Counted from the first letter of the stretch, positions 1-8,678 are shown. The stretch: 64,000 nucleotides of DNA from an uncultured Actinomycetes bacterium (GCA_963772855.1 CAVYYY010000003.1:568290-632289), one strand, 5' to 3'. Program-made: numbers and translations. The notes: a model not told the origin generated them from the sequence alone.

Positions 1-2
1 CT

Positions 3-836
3 CTAACCCGCGGACGGCTTGCGGCCGCTTGCGATCTTGATCGACGCCGGGACGGCGTACGACGCCCCGCGTCGCCACGGCTCCAGCCGCACCTCCAGCG
101 AGTCGCGGATGAGAGCACCTTGCCCCTCGTTCGCGGCTCGCAGCAGTGCACCCGTGCGGACCGTGCCCTCGACGAGCCCTGCGATCAGGTCCTCCGCAGA
201 GCGGAGCGGCAACTCGAACGAGACCGCGTCGACCTGGACCTCTGTGAAACCCGCATCGCGCAGGAGAGCGGCGAAGACGAGGTCGTCCGCGAACTGGAAG
301 AACGACGGGCCCGCTGGGATGCCCGTGGGCGGAGGAACGTCCGCGTCGGCGACGGCTCCGAGGATTGCCGCGAAGAACGGCGAGCGATCCGGCGCGTCCC
401 ACGTCGAAAGCGCGAGGCGTCCGTCTGAGACGAGCACTCGCGCAAACTCGAGCGCAGCTCGCGCAGGCTCGCCGATGTGCTGGATGACAATGTTGCCGAC
501 GGCTGCATCGAACGATCCGTCGGCGAACGGCAAGCGCGTCGCCGGGGCTTGGACGAACTGCGCGGTCGGATGCCGTCGTGCGGCAATCTCGACCATCGCA
601 GCAGCAACGTCCACGCCGGTCGCAATCGCTCCACGCTCGACGGCGCGGCCCGCGGCATCCCCCGAGCCCGCTCCGACATCGAGGACGCGCGCGCCACGCT
701 CGACCCCCGCGGCATCGAGCAACGAGTCGATCGCCCGACGTGTGATCGAGCTCCAATGCTCTTCGTACTCGGACGCGACGGCCTCCCAGCCGGACGCCTC
801 GTAGGCGTCGAATGCATCCGCGTAGTAGTCGGTCAC
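3..836 (-). CDS. class I SAM-dependent methyltransferase
   Basis: Supplied ORF 3..1142 (-) was trimmed to the GTG at 836..834 (VTDYYADAFDAY...), because its upstream part is only the antisense of two tRNA genes. SAM motif I VLDVGAGSGDAA and downstream FDAAVGNIVIQH are visible. Confidence 0.8.
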   Translation of the reverse strand: MTDYYADAFDAYEASGWEAVASEYEEHWSSITRRAIDSLLDAAGVERGARVLDVGAGSGDAAGRAVERGAIATGVDVAAAMVEIAARRHPTAQFVQAPATRLPFADGSFDAAVGNIVIQHIGEPARAALEFARVLVSDGRLALSTWDAPDRSPFFAAILGAVADADVPPPTGIPAGPSFFQFADDLVFAALLRDAGFTEVQVDAVSFELPLRSAEDLIAGLVEGTVRTGALLRAANEGQGALIRDSLEVRLEPWRRGASYAVPASIKIASGRKPSAG

Positions 837-907
837 GTCCGGGAAGTATGAAAGAACACCGCCGCCGAACGGCCCGAGAAACGCCCCGCTATCCTGCGCA
901 CGAGCGA

Positions 908-981
908 GGTGGCGGTAGCTCAGTTGGTAGAGCCCCTGGTTGTGGTCCAGGTGGTCGTGGGTTCGAGTCCCATCCGCCACC
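908..981 (+). tRNA. tRNA-His (anticodon GTG)
   Basis: Hand-folded cloverleaf. It has an encoded G-1, acceptor GTGGCGG/CCGCCAC, anticodon stem CCTGG/CCAGG with loop TTGTGGT, and T arm GTGGG-TTCGAGT-CCCAT. No CCA is encoded. Confidence 0.9.
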
Positions 982-989
982 CTTTCCAG

Positions 990-1061
990 GGCCCCGTAGC
1001 TCAGCGGATAGAGCGACGGACTTCGAATCCGTGCGCGGAGGTTCGACTCCTCCCGGGGCCA
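990..1061 (+). tRNA. tRNA-Arg (anticodon TCG)
   Basis: Hand-folded cloverleaf. Acceptor is GGCCCCG/CGGGGCC, anticodon stem ACGGA/TCCGT with loop CTTCGAA, and T arm GGAGG-TTCGACT-CCTCC. No CCA is encoded. It lies 8 nt after tRNA-His. Confidence 0.9.
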
Positions 1062-1113
1062 TTGGCAACTGCGGCCGTAAGAGCGGCGATCGCACGGCGC
1101 CGGCTCTGAGACA

Positions 1114-1578
1114 ATGACCCGTCCGATGCCGCCGACCGACAATCCGACGTACGCGCGCCTCGAAGACCAGATTCAGTGGTACGAGCAGAAGAGCGGGTTC
1201 AACCACCGGCGATTCGTCACGATTAAGGGAGCGCAGCTGCTCGCCGCAGCCGCCATTCCCGTGATCGCGACGATCGACAGTCCGGCCGCGGTCGCCGCGG
1301 CCCTGGGAGCGGCGGTCGTCGTGCTCGAGGGTTTCCAGCAGCTGAACCAGTACCAACAGAACTGGAGCTCCTTCCGCTCGACGGCGGAGGCCTTGAAGCA
1401 CGAGAAGTACCTGTATCTCGCCTCCGCGGGGCCGTACCGTCACTCGCGACGAGCTGTCCCGCTGCTCGCGGACCGGATCGAGGGGTTGATCTCGCAGGAG
1501 CACGCCAAGTGGGTGTCGGCTCGCGAGGAAGCTGCGCATGCGCTAGCCGAGGCGGACGACGACGGCGCTGCCGGCTAG
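1114..1578 (+). CDS. DUF4231/SLATT-family 2TM protein (SMODS- and SLOG-associating 2TM effector-like)
   Basis: 154-aa ORF. Two hydrophobic helices (AQLLAAAAIPVIATI, AAVAAALGAAVVVLEGF) are followed by QNWSSFRSTAEALKHEKYLYLA, which I recognise as the DUF4231/SLATT signature. It is first in a tight three-gene cassette. Confidence 0.7.
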   Translation: MTRPMPPTDNPTYARLEDQIQWYEQKSGFNHRRFVTIKGAQLLAAAAIPVIATIDSPAAVAAALGAAVVVLEGFQQLNQYQQNWSSFRSTAEALKHEKYLYLASAGPYRHSRRAVPLLADRIEGLISQEHAKWVSAREEAAHALAEADDDGAAG

Positions 1579-1622
1579 CGCCCGGGCTTGTAAGCCGTAG
1601 TCCGCCGCGCAAGACTTCTCGC

Positions 1623-2753
1623 GTGAGCGACGAGCCCCAAGGCGGGGGAGACGCTCCGGAAACGCCGCCGTCGACCCCGCAGGCTTTTCACATCTTCGTC
1701 AACTACCGGCGCGAGGACACTGCCGGCCACGCCGGCAGGCTGTACGACGCGCTGTCCGAGCGCTTCGGCGAGGACCACGTCTTCATGGACATCGACAAGA
1801 TCCATCCGGGCGAGGACTTCACGCAGGCCGTCGAGGCGAGTGTGGGAACCTGCGACGTCCTGCTCGCGCTGATCGGGCGGCACTGGATCGACGTGAAGGA
1901 CAACGAGGGCCGGCGCCGGATCCAGAAGGCGCACGACTGGGTCCGCATCGAGATCGAGACGGCGCTCGCCCGCGCCGAGACGCGCGTGATCCCGACGCTC
2001 GTGCAGGGCGCGGAGATGCCCGCGCCTGACGAGCTGCCCGGACCGCTTCGCAAGCTCTCCGTGCGCAACGCCGTCGAGTTGAGCGACATCCGCTGGCACT
2101 CCGACGTGAGCCACCTGATCGAGTATCTCGAGGGGCTTGCCGGGCCGCGTGCGACGCCTGCGCCGGCGCCGCAGGCGCGCAAGCCGGAGGCGGTCGCCGG
2201 CGATGAGCCGAAGCGGACGCGCCCGCGCTGGCTCGTCCCGGCCGGCGTCGTCGCGGCATTCGTCGTCGCTGCGGTCGTCGCCGTCGTCGCGCTCACGGGC
2301 GGCGGTGGCGGAAAGGACCCGGCCGAGGCGGCATACGTTCGGCAGACGGACACTCTGCTCTCGCACTCCGCCGCGACGAAGGGCGATCTCAACGCGGTGA
2401 TCAAGAGGGTCCAGAACAATGCGATTACCCGCGACCGGGCGCTGAGCACCATCGGTCAGATCATCGGCGAGCGTGAAACGCTGGCAGGAAGCCTCCCCGT
2501 CGACACGCCGCAGGCATTCCAGCATGCGCAGCAGTTGCTGAAGGAGTCGATTCAGGCCTCGAAGCGAGACGACGAGGCGGTGAGAGACTGGATCGTGGCC
2601 GTCTTCGACGATGCGGACAATGCTCCCGCACTTGCTGCCAGGTACCACGAGCTCAGCGGAACCGCCTCGAATCTGAAAACGCAGTTCCTGGACGAGTACA
2701 ACGGCCTTCGCAGCGAACGGCTCGGGCTGGAGCCGACCAACCCATCCTACTGA
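1623..2753 (+). CDS. TIR-domain protein with one TM helix and a C-terminal extracytoplasmic helical domain
   Basis: Supplied ORF 1509..2753 was trimmed to the GTG at 1623. TIR_2-like core runs FHIFVNYRREDT...DIDKIHPGEDF...DVLLALIG...HDWVRIEIETAL, with Glu at W+4 as in catalytic TIRs. It is followed by KRTRPRW + LVPAGVVAAFVVAAVVAVVAL (TM) and a ~140-aa helical tail. Confidence 0.8.
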   Translation: MSDEPQGGGDAPETPPSTPQAFHIFVNYRREDTAGHAGRLYDALSERFGEDHVFMDIDKIHPGEDFTQAVEASVGTCDVLLALIGRHWIDVKDNEGRRRIQKAHDWVRIEIETALARAETRVIPTLVQGAEMPAPDELPGPLRKLSVRNAVELSDIRWHSDVSHLIEYLEGLAGPRATPAPAPQARKPEAVAGDEPKRTRPRWLVPAGVVAAFVVAAVVAVVALTGGGGGKDPAEAAYVRQTDTLLSHSAATKGDLNAVIKRVQNNAITRDRALSTIGQIIGERETLAGSLPVDTPQAFQHAQQLLKESIQASKRDDEAVRDWIVAVFDDADNAPALAARYHELSGTASNLKTQFLDEYNGLRSERLGLEPTNPSY

Positions 2754-2756
2754 AGC

Positions 2757-4344
2757 GTGTCCGACGGTAGGATCGCGTTCAGGCTCCGGGTCGGCGTCAC
2801 GGGGCATCGCGTTCTCGAGGACGAGGACTGGCTGGCGGCGCGCGTCCGCGAGGCGCTCGTGCTCGTGCGCCGCCGCGTCGGTGCCAAGCCGGCGACCCCG
2901 GTGCATCTGACGGTCGTCTCCTCGCTCGCCGAGGGCGCCGACCGGCTTGTCGCGCGGCAGATTCTCCGCGAGGAGGAGGGCGCGCTGTTGGAAGCGCCGC
3001 TGCCGCTCCCACGCGATCGCTTCCGCCGCGACTTCGCGACGCAGGAGTCGGTCGATGATTTCGACGAGCTACTCGAGCGTGCGGTCACGGTCATAGAACC
3101 GGGCCCGCTGGCGACCGCGGAGGAAGGGTACGCCGAGGCCGGACGCTACGTCGTGGAGCGCAGCGACGTGCTGTTCGCACTGTGGGACGGCCTGCCGGCC
3201 CGCGGCGAGGGTGGGACGGCGGACATCGTGGACTACGCCGCCGCGAGAGGGAAGCCGACCGTGTGGATTCATACCGGCGGCGACCTCGAGGTCGACGATC
3301 GGCTGGGCGAGTCGGTGGCACGGCGCGCTCTCGCGCGACTGGACGAGTTCAACCGGGCGACGGTGTCGTCACAGGGCGTGTCGGACCGCCTCCGGGGCCT
3401 GCGCAGGCTGGACGAGTCGAGCGGCACCGCCGCGACCGAGGCGATCGGCCGGGACGAGGCGGACGCACTGAGCGCCTGGATTCTCCCGTACCTGATCCGG
3501 GCCGACCTCCTTGCGCTCCGGTATCAACGCTGGTTCCACCGCTTGACCGCTTGCGCTCTACCTCGCCGCCGCCGCCGCCGTGGCGGTCGTCGCCGTGCAG
3601 TCGTTCGTCTTCCCCGGACAGTCTGCAATCGTCTGGATCGAGGTCGTGCTCCTGACGCTGCTCGTGGCGGTCGTCTTCTACGGGCGTCGGATCCGGCTGC
3701 ACGATCGCTGGCTGTCGTACCGCTTCCTGGCGGAACGGTTCAGGTCAGCGTTCTTTCTCGCGGCCGCCGGGCTCGGGCAGCGACGCGAGGGCGGGCTCTC
3801 CCGCGTCGGCGGGAGGGACGCGGGGGCGGAGTGGGTCCAGCACGCGTTCACCGAGGTCTGGAACGCACGGCCGCAGGTCGACGTCCACGCGAACGTCGAG
3901 CGCCTGCGCGCATTCCTCGCCGAGCGGTGGATCCATGAGCAGCGACGCTACTACGCCCGCGCGAAGCTACGGTTCGATCGCCGGCGCCGCTTGCTCGTCG
4001 CAGGAATCTACTGCGCGTTCCTGACGACGATCGCCGCCGCGGTCCCGCACGCGCTCGGCGTCGGTGAGGAACGGGGGATCGACAAGCTGTTCGCAATCCT
4101 CTCGCTGTCTCTGCCCGCGCTCGGCGCCGCTTTCAGCGGACTGCTCGCACAGCGGGAGTACCAGCGCAACTCCGAGCGCTACCGCTGGATGGAGCAGTCA
4201 CTCGACGTCGTCGCAAACCGGATGAGCCAGGCTCACGACGAGCTCGAGATCCGCCGCATCGCCGCGGATGCGGAAGCGACGCTGCTCCAGGAGAACCGCG
4301 ACTGGATGGGCGTCATGCGGTTCCACGACTTCGAGCTGAGCTGA
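2757..4344 (+). CDS. SLOG-domain / SLATT-domain fusion protein; reading frame broken near 3547-3560
   Basis: ORF 2757..3938 N-terminus has a SLOG/LOG/DprA-like Rossmann pattern (VGVTGHR, SSLAEGADRLVA, LFALWDG, GEGGTADIV). The +1 frame (ORF 3580..4344, open from 3547) continues with TM helices and a second SLATT-like module (YYARAKLRFDRRRR, two helices, REYQRNSERYRW). The GTG start lies 3 nt after the TIR stop. Confidence 0.7.
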
Positions 4345-4355
4345 AACCTGTTTGC

Positions 4356-5539
4356 CTACCGGTGCGCTCCGGGCAGGGCGTCCGGATGTGACGTCATGCC
4401 GTGCATGTCCCGGGCCGGCGATCTTGTGCTCTGCTGCGCGGCCGCCGAACAGCGCCACGGTGAGCGCGGCGGCGCACAGCATGCTCAGTGCGATCGGAAG
4501 CGACGTGGCATCGGCGACGAAACCGATCAACGGCGGGCCGACGATGAAGCCCATGTAGCCGAGCGTGAAGACCGCGGCGAGGGACGGTCCGGCGGGGGGA
4601 CGCGGCCCGCTGCGCTGAACAGCAGCGGCACGGCGTTGGCGATTCCGACGCCCACCAGCGCGAACCCCGCGACGGCGAGGGACGCGTTCGCGATCAGGAG
4701 CGTGGCGCCGAGCGCGACTGTCACGACTGCCATCCCGGCGGAGAGCAGGCGTCCCGGCGCCCCAGCGCCGCGCGAGACCGTCGCCCGCGAGTCGCGCGAG
4801 CGCCATTCCGAGGGAGAAGCCCGCGAAGCCCGTCGCGGCCGCGGACGCGCCGCCGTCGAGGTTGCTTCTGAGGTAGATCCCGCTCCAGTCCGCCATGGCG
4901 CCTTCGGTCACCATCACGAGGAAGCAGAGTGCGCCGATTAGCAAGACGCCGCGTGAGGGCGAGGCGAAGCCGGCCGGGCCGTGCTCGGAGTGCGCGGACG
5001 CGGATCCCAGCCGGGTTGTGATCGCGAGCGCCGCGAGCCAGAGCAGGCACCCGGCGACGAGAGCCCTCGACCCGCGCGTCGACGCCTGCATGCACGGCGA
5101 GGGCGACCCCGGCCGCTCCCGCGAGCCCGCCGAAGCTCCAGCCGGCGTGGAGCGATGACATTATCGGGACGCCGAGGGTCCGTTCGACGGCCACGCCGTG
5201 TGCGTTCATGGCCACGTCCATTGCGCCGTTCGCCGCCCCGAACACGAGCAGCGCGACGCCAAGAGTGACCGGCGAGGGCGCGAGCAACGGTAGAACGAGC
5301 AGCGGCACGAACACGAGCGTGAGCGCACGGGTCGTCGCGGCACTCGAGCGGCGGTCGAGGACCTGGCCCGTGAGCGGCATCGCCAGCATCGCACCGAATG
5401 CCATGCAGAGCAGGCCCAGACCGAGGACGCTCTTGGAGACGTCGAGGCGGTCCTGCACGAACGGGATCTGCCCGGCCCAGGTGCCGACGATCGCGCCGTT
5501 GACGAAGAAGGTGCCAAAGGTCGCCGCCCGCGGCGTCAT
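4356..5539 (-). CDS. MFS transporter; at least 3 frame breaks (~5090, ~4730, ~4560), 3' end uncertain
   Basis: Hydrophobic 12-TM-like translation is spread over ORFs 4721..5539, 4198..5091 and 4527..4733 (MTPRAATFGTFFVNGAIVGTW..., GVLLIGALCFLVMVTEGAMADW..., AVFTLGYMGFIVGPPLIGFVAD). The end at 4356 assumes a further shift; as written, the last frame runs to 4198. Confidence 0.6.
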
Positions 5540-6797
5540 GGTCGGATCAGATCACGTCACGCCGCGACGACTGCCGTACGATGCGCCCCTGACGTCTGCA
5601 GGCGAGATCCGCGGTCTGGCCGAGCGGTTCACGAGGGAGCCCGTTGCGCGCTCGTCGCTGGCGCTGGTCTTCGACGAGAGCATCGCCTCGTCGGTCGAGG
5701 TGCTCGTCGAGGGCCGCAACTTCTATCCGCCGATGCTCGAGGACATTGCCTCGGCGTCGTCCTCCATCCACATCAACCAGTTCGGCTTCAGACCCGGCGT
5801 CGTCGGCGACTCGTTCGCCGAGGCGCTGAGCGCGAAGGCGCGTGAAGGCGTCACCGTCAGGCTCGTCGTCGACCAGCCAGGGGTCCGACCCTGACGGCGG
5901 CTCGCGTGCGTTGTACGAGCGGTTGACGGACGCCGGTGTTCACGTCTGCGTCGTCCGCGCGACGAAGTTCCGCGTCCCCTCAGGGCCGATCGACGGCGGG
6001 GGCCCGACACGGTGGAACCTCGGCGCGCTGGGACACATCGACCATCGCAAGCTCGTCGTGATCGACGGACGGGTTGGCTGGGTCGGCGGCGCCGGCATCG
6101 AGGACCACTTCCAGGACGGTCGCTTCCACGATCTGTTCGTCCGCATGACCGGGCCCTTGGTGGCGCAGCTCCAGCTCGTCTTCCTCGCGAGCTTTCGCTG
6201 GCTCGGCGGGTCGATCGACACCGCTGAAGTCGATGCACTCTTCCCGGAGCAGGATGAGGGCCGGATCCGGTCCCCGCAGTCGTCCTGCACAACGCGCCCG
6301 GAAGGTGCGGCCCATCTCCGATGCGATCGCGGCACTGCTCGAGGGCGCACGCGAGACGCTCGACGTCGTCAATCCCTACGTGACCGACCGCGGGATGATC
6401 CGGCGAATCGAGCAGGCTGCACGGCGTGGTGTCCGCGTGCGACTCTTCGTTCCCGCGAATGCGAACAACTGGGCGTGCGCCGCCGCGCAGCAGTTCCACC
6501 ACCCGGCACTGCTCGACGCGGGCGTTCGCATTCTCGACTACCCGACGATGCTGCACGCAAAGGCGTTCGTGCGGGACGGCGAGGAGCTCGTCGTCGGGAC
6601 GTGCAATCTCGAGGCGTGGAGCCTCAAGCGCTTCTTCGAGATCGATCTCCAGTGTTCGGTCCGAGCGTGTCGCGGCGGCGTTCGACGACGCGTTCAGCAC
6701 GCCGGCGGAGGCGTGCTCCGCTCCAGGTCGCCGCCTGACCGGCCGGAAGGAGCGCGCGCGCGCGCTCCTCTTCTCCGTCCTGTCTCCCTTCCTCTAG
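5538..6797 (+). CDS. phospholipase D / cardiolipin-synthase-like protein with two HKD motifs; 3-4 frame breaks
   Basis: Pieces lie in ORFs 5208..5894, 5842..6738, 6233..7033 and 6426..6797. HKD motifs are HIDHRKLVVIDG...GGAGIED and MLHAKAFVRDGEELVVGTCNLE. Breaks are near 5880, 6262-6305 and 6650. Confidence 0.7.
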
Positions 6798-7165
6798 CGG
6801 GAGCGCTGCGACGCGGCGTACTCCTCCGCGACGCTCTTCGGCACCGTGAAGGCCCATGCCTCCTCGACGAGGTCGCGCGCCTCGTCGGCGTCGATCGCGT
6901 CGAGCCGGACGTGGGCCCAGTGGTATCGCATGTCGGACTCGCCGGGCAGCGAGAACTTGTCAGGCTCGGACTCGACGAGCGCATTGCGCCAGTCCTTCGG
7001 GAACGCGAAGCCCATCGTCTTGCCGTCGCGTGAGATGGACAGGTAGACGATGCGGCCGACCCGGAATTTGACGCGGCCCCGCACGAAGCCCTCGCTGCTG
7101 CGCGGCAGCGGAGTTGCGAAGGCACGGATCTCGTCGACCGTCACCATGGCGCTCGTCGCAACCAT
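6794..7165 (-). CDS. MmcQ/YjbR-family DNA-binding protein
   Basis: 123-aa ORF. The pattern FRVGRIVYLSISRDGKTMGFAFPKD...MRYHWAHVRLD is typical of YjbR/MmcQ-like proteins. The start may instead be the second Met (7147). Confidence 0.6.
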   Translation of the reverse strand: MVATSAMVTVDEIRAFATPLPRSSEGFVRGRVKFRVGRIVYLSISRDGKTMGFAFPKDWRNALVESEPDKFSLPGESDMRYHWAHVRLDAIDADEARDLVEEAWAFTVPKSVAEEYAASQRSR

Positions 7166-7322
7166 CAGGATAGGCAGAGGTGAGTGGGCGGCCCCACCGT
7201 GCGCGGTAGAAGCCGGATCCGGCGCGGTTCTCCCCGGAAGCCGCCCCTGTCCTAGAGACGGCTTACCACCGCTGAAAGTTGGCCACAGCCGGTGGCTGCG
7301 AGGGCTACTCTGGTCACCGTCC

Positions 7323-7408
7323 GCGGGCGTGGCGGAACTGGCAAACGCGCCGGGTTTAGGTCCCGGTGGGATTCACGTCCCTTAGAGGTTCGAGTCCTCT
7401 CGCCCGCA
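7323..7408 (+). tRNA. tRNA-Leu (anticodon TAG), long variable arm
   Basis: Hand-folded cloverleaf. Acceptor is GCGGGCG/CGCCCGC, anticodon stem CCGGG/CCCGG with loop TTTAGGT, a class II variable arm (GGGATTCACGTCCC), and T arm AGAGG-TTCGAGT-CCTCT. Confidence 0.9.
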
Positions 7409-7424
7409 TGCGCAGCATCAGCGG

Positions 7425-8012
7425 TCAGCTCGCGGCGTCGACGCCGTCGAGGAGACGCCAGTTCCCCTCGAGCGCTGCCTCCGCGGCAGCGACCAGGCGG
7501 TCCGCGTCGTTCGCCGGACGCCCCGCGAGGGCCTCCGCCGACCGGGCGGCGTGCTCCAGGTCGCGCTCGGCGTGCAGCTCGAAGTACGCCGTGCCGGCGG
7601 TGTCCGGAGTGAAGCCGTAGTGGTCGACGAGGCCGGCAAGCTTCGTGCGCGAGACGGCCGGTTGGCCGGACTCGACCGCGTAGAGCACGGCGCGAGCCTC
7701 AACGGGATCGTCCACGGCCCAGGCCGCGACACAAGCTTGGGTCTCCGACCTCGGTGGCCGGTTGAGCGCGGCGCCGAGCTGCGCGGCGAAGTCGTCCCAG
7801 AGCGCAACATGCTCGCGCTCCTCGTCGGCATGCTCCGGATCGCCGCCGCAACGGGCGGCGTCCGCCAGGGCGACGACTGCCTGGCGATACTCGCCCGCGT
7901 AGAACGCCAGTTCCTCGTGCGTGAGCTCTCCTCGCTCCCAGCGGAGATAGAACGGATGATCCAGGACGTTCCAGCGGGCTCGCGCCTCGTCGATTCGTTC
8001 GATCACGCTCAT
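7425..8012 (-). CDS. heme-oxygenase-like fold iron-containing redox enzyme (TenA/PqqC/CADD family)
   Basis: ORF 7425..8183 was trimmed to the ATG at 8012, which has AGGAAG upstream. N-terminal HPFYLRWERGELTHEELAFYAGEY matches this family's pattern. Confidence 0.65.
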   Translation of the reverse strand: MSVIERIDEARARWNVLDHPFYLRWERGELTHEELAFYAGEYRQAVVALADAARCGGDPEHADEEREHVALWDDFAAQLGAALNRPPRSETQACVAAWAVDDPVEARAVLYAVESGQPAVSRTKLAGLVDHYGFTPDTAGTAYFELHAERDLEHAARSAEALAGRPANDADRLVAAAEAALEGNWRLLDGVDAAS

Positions 8013-8055
8013 GGCTTCCTTTCGCCTCGTGAACCCCGCCCGATCGTATCCGCAG

Positions 8056-8640
8056 TCAAGAGGTCGCAAGGCGCCTGATTCCCGCCACCGCCCGGCTGAC
8101 TGCGTCCTCGTCGAAGAGGTACGGCGTCGCATTCGCGAGCTGGTGGGCGGGCCCGTCGAGGTCGTCGGAGCCGTCCGCCGCATTGATGGCGTACCGAAGC
8201 GGGATCTCGTGCGTCACCACCAGGATCGACGTCTCCGGCCGTCCGAGGAGCTTCTCGAACGCGTTTGCGTAGCGCCGCGCCGCGTCGAAGAGCGACTCGC
8301 CGCCCGGAAAGGCGTCCGCATGTGTGTGCTCACGCTTCCAGGCGCGGTACTCCTCGAGCGAGGAGCCCTCGAGATCGCCGACGTCGATGTCGTCCAGCAG
8401 CGGCTCGACCTCGACGGGGACGTTGCGATCCCCAAGGGCGATCGCCGCGGTCTCGTGCGTCCGCTCGAAGCGGGTGTGGACGCACAGCTCGATCGGGACG
8501 TGCGCCACCTGCTGTCCGAGCAGGAGCGCCTCCTCCCGGCCCTTCTCGGTCAGCGCGACCGGCACCCCTGGATCGCCGTTGATGCGGTTCTCGAAGTTGA
8601 GCGTCGATTCGCCGTGGCGCGCGATGACGTAGAGCCGCAC
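8056..8640 (-). CDS. histidine phosphatase family protein (phosphoglycerate mutase-like)
   Basis: 194-aa ORF with the N-terminal catalytic RHGES motif (LYVIARHGESTLN) and a downstream VVTHE motif. Confidence 0.8.
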   Translation of the reverse strand: MRLYVIARHGESTLNFENRINGDPGVPVALTEKGREEALLLGQQVAHVPIELCVHTRFERTHETAAIALGDRNVPVEVEPLLDDIDVGDLEGSSLEEYRAWKREHTHADAFPGGESLFDAARRYANAFEKLLGRPETSILVVTHEIPLRYAINAADGSDDLDGPAHQLANATPYLFDEDAVSRAVAGIRRLATS

Positions 8641-8678
8641 GGCTCCGGAGGCTAACTGCCGTTTGGTCTAATGGCCGC

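Noticed and set aside
837-1142. Upstream extension of the methyltransferase ORF (3..1142)
   Set aside because: This part is exactly the reverse complement of the tRNA-His and tRNA-Arg genes. Methyltransferase-like sequence begins only at the GTG at 836.
1575-2906. 443-aa minus-strand ORF opposite the TIR gene
   Set aside because: The plus-strand frame carries clear TIR motifs and a TM helix. The minus-strand translation is Arg/Asp/Leu-rich with no motif.
7166-7322. Possible small RNA (SRP/4.5S-like or riboswitch) between the MmcQ gene and tRNA-Leu
   Set aside because: It has some local pairing (GGGCGGC...GCCGCCC, a CCGGATCCGG palindrome, CCACCG...CGGTGG). I could not find the SRP domain IV motifs (GGAA tetraloop context, AGCA/GNAR loops) or any riboswitch core I recognise. 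It is most simply a divergent promoter region. An Rfam scan would settle it.
1062-7322. Integrated prophage or ICE at the tRNA genes
   Set aside because: I could recognise no integrase, recombinase, transposase or phage structural genes, and no tRNA-fragment direct repeats. The region is kept only as a possible variable hotspot (see findings).
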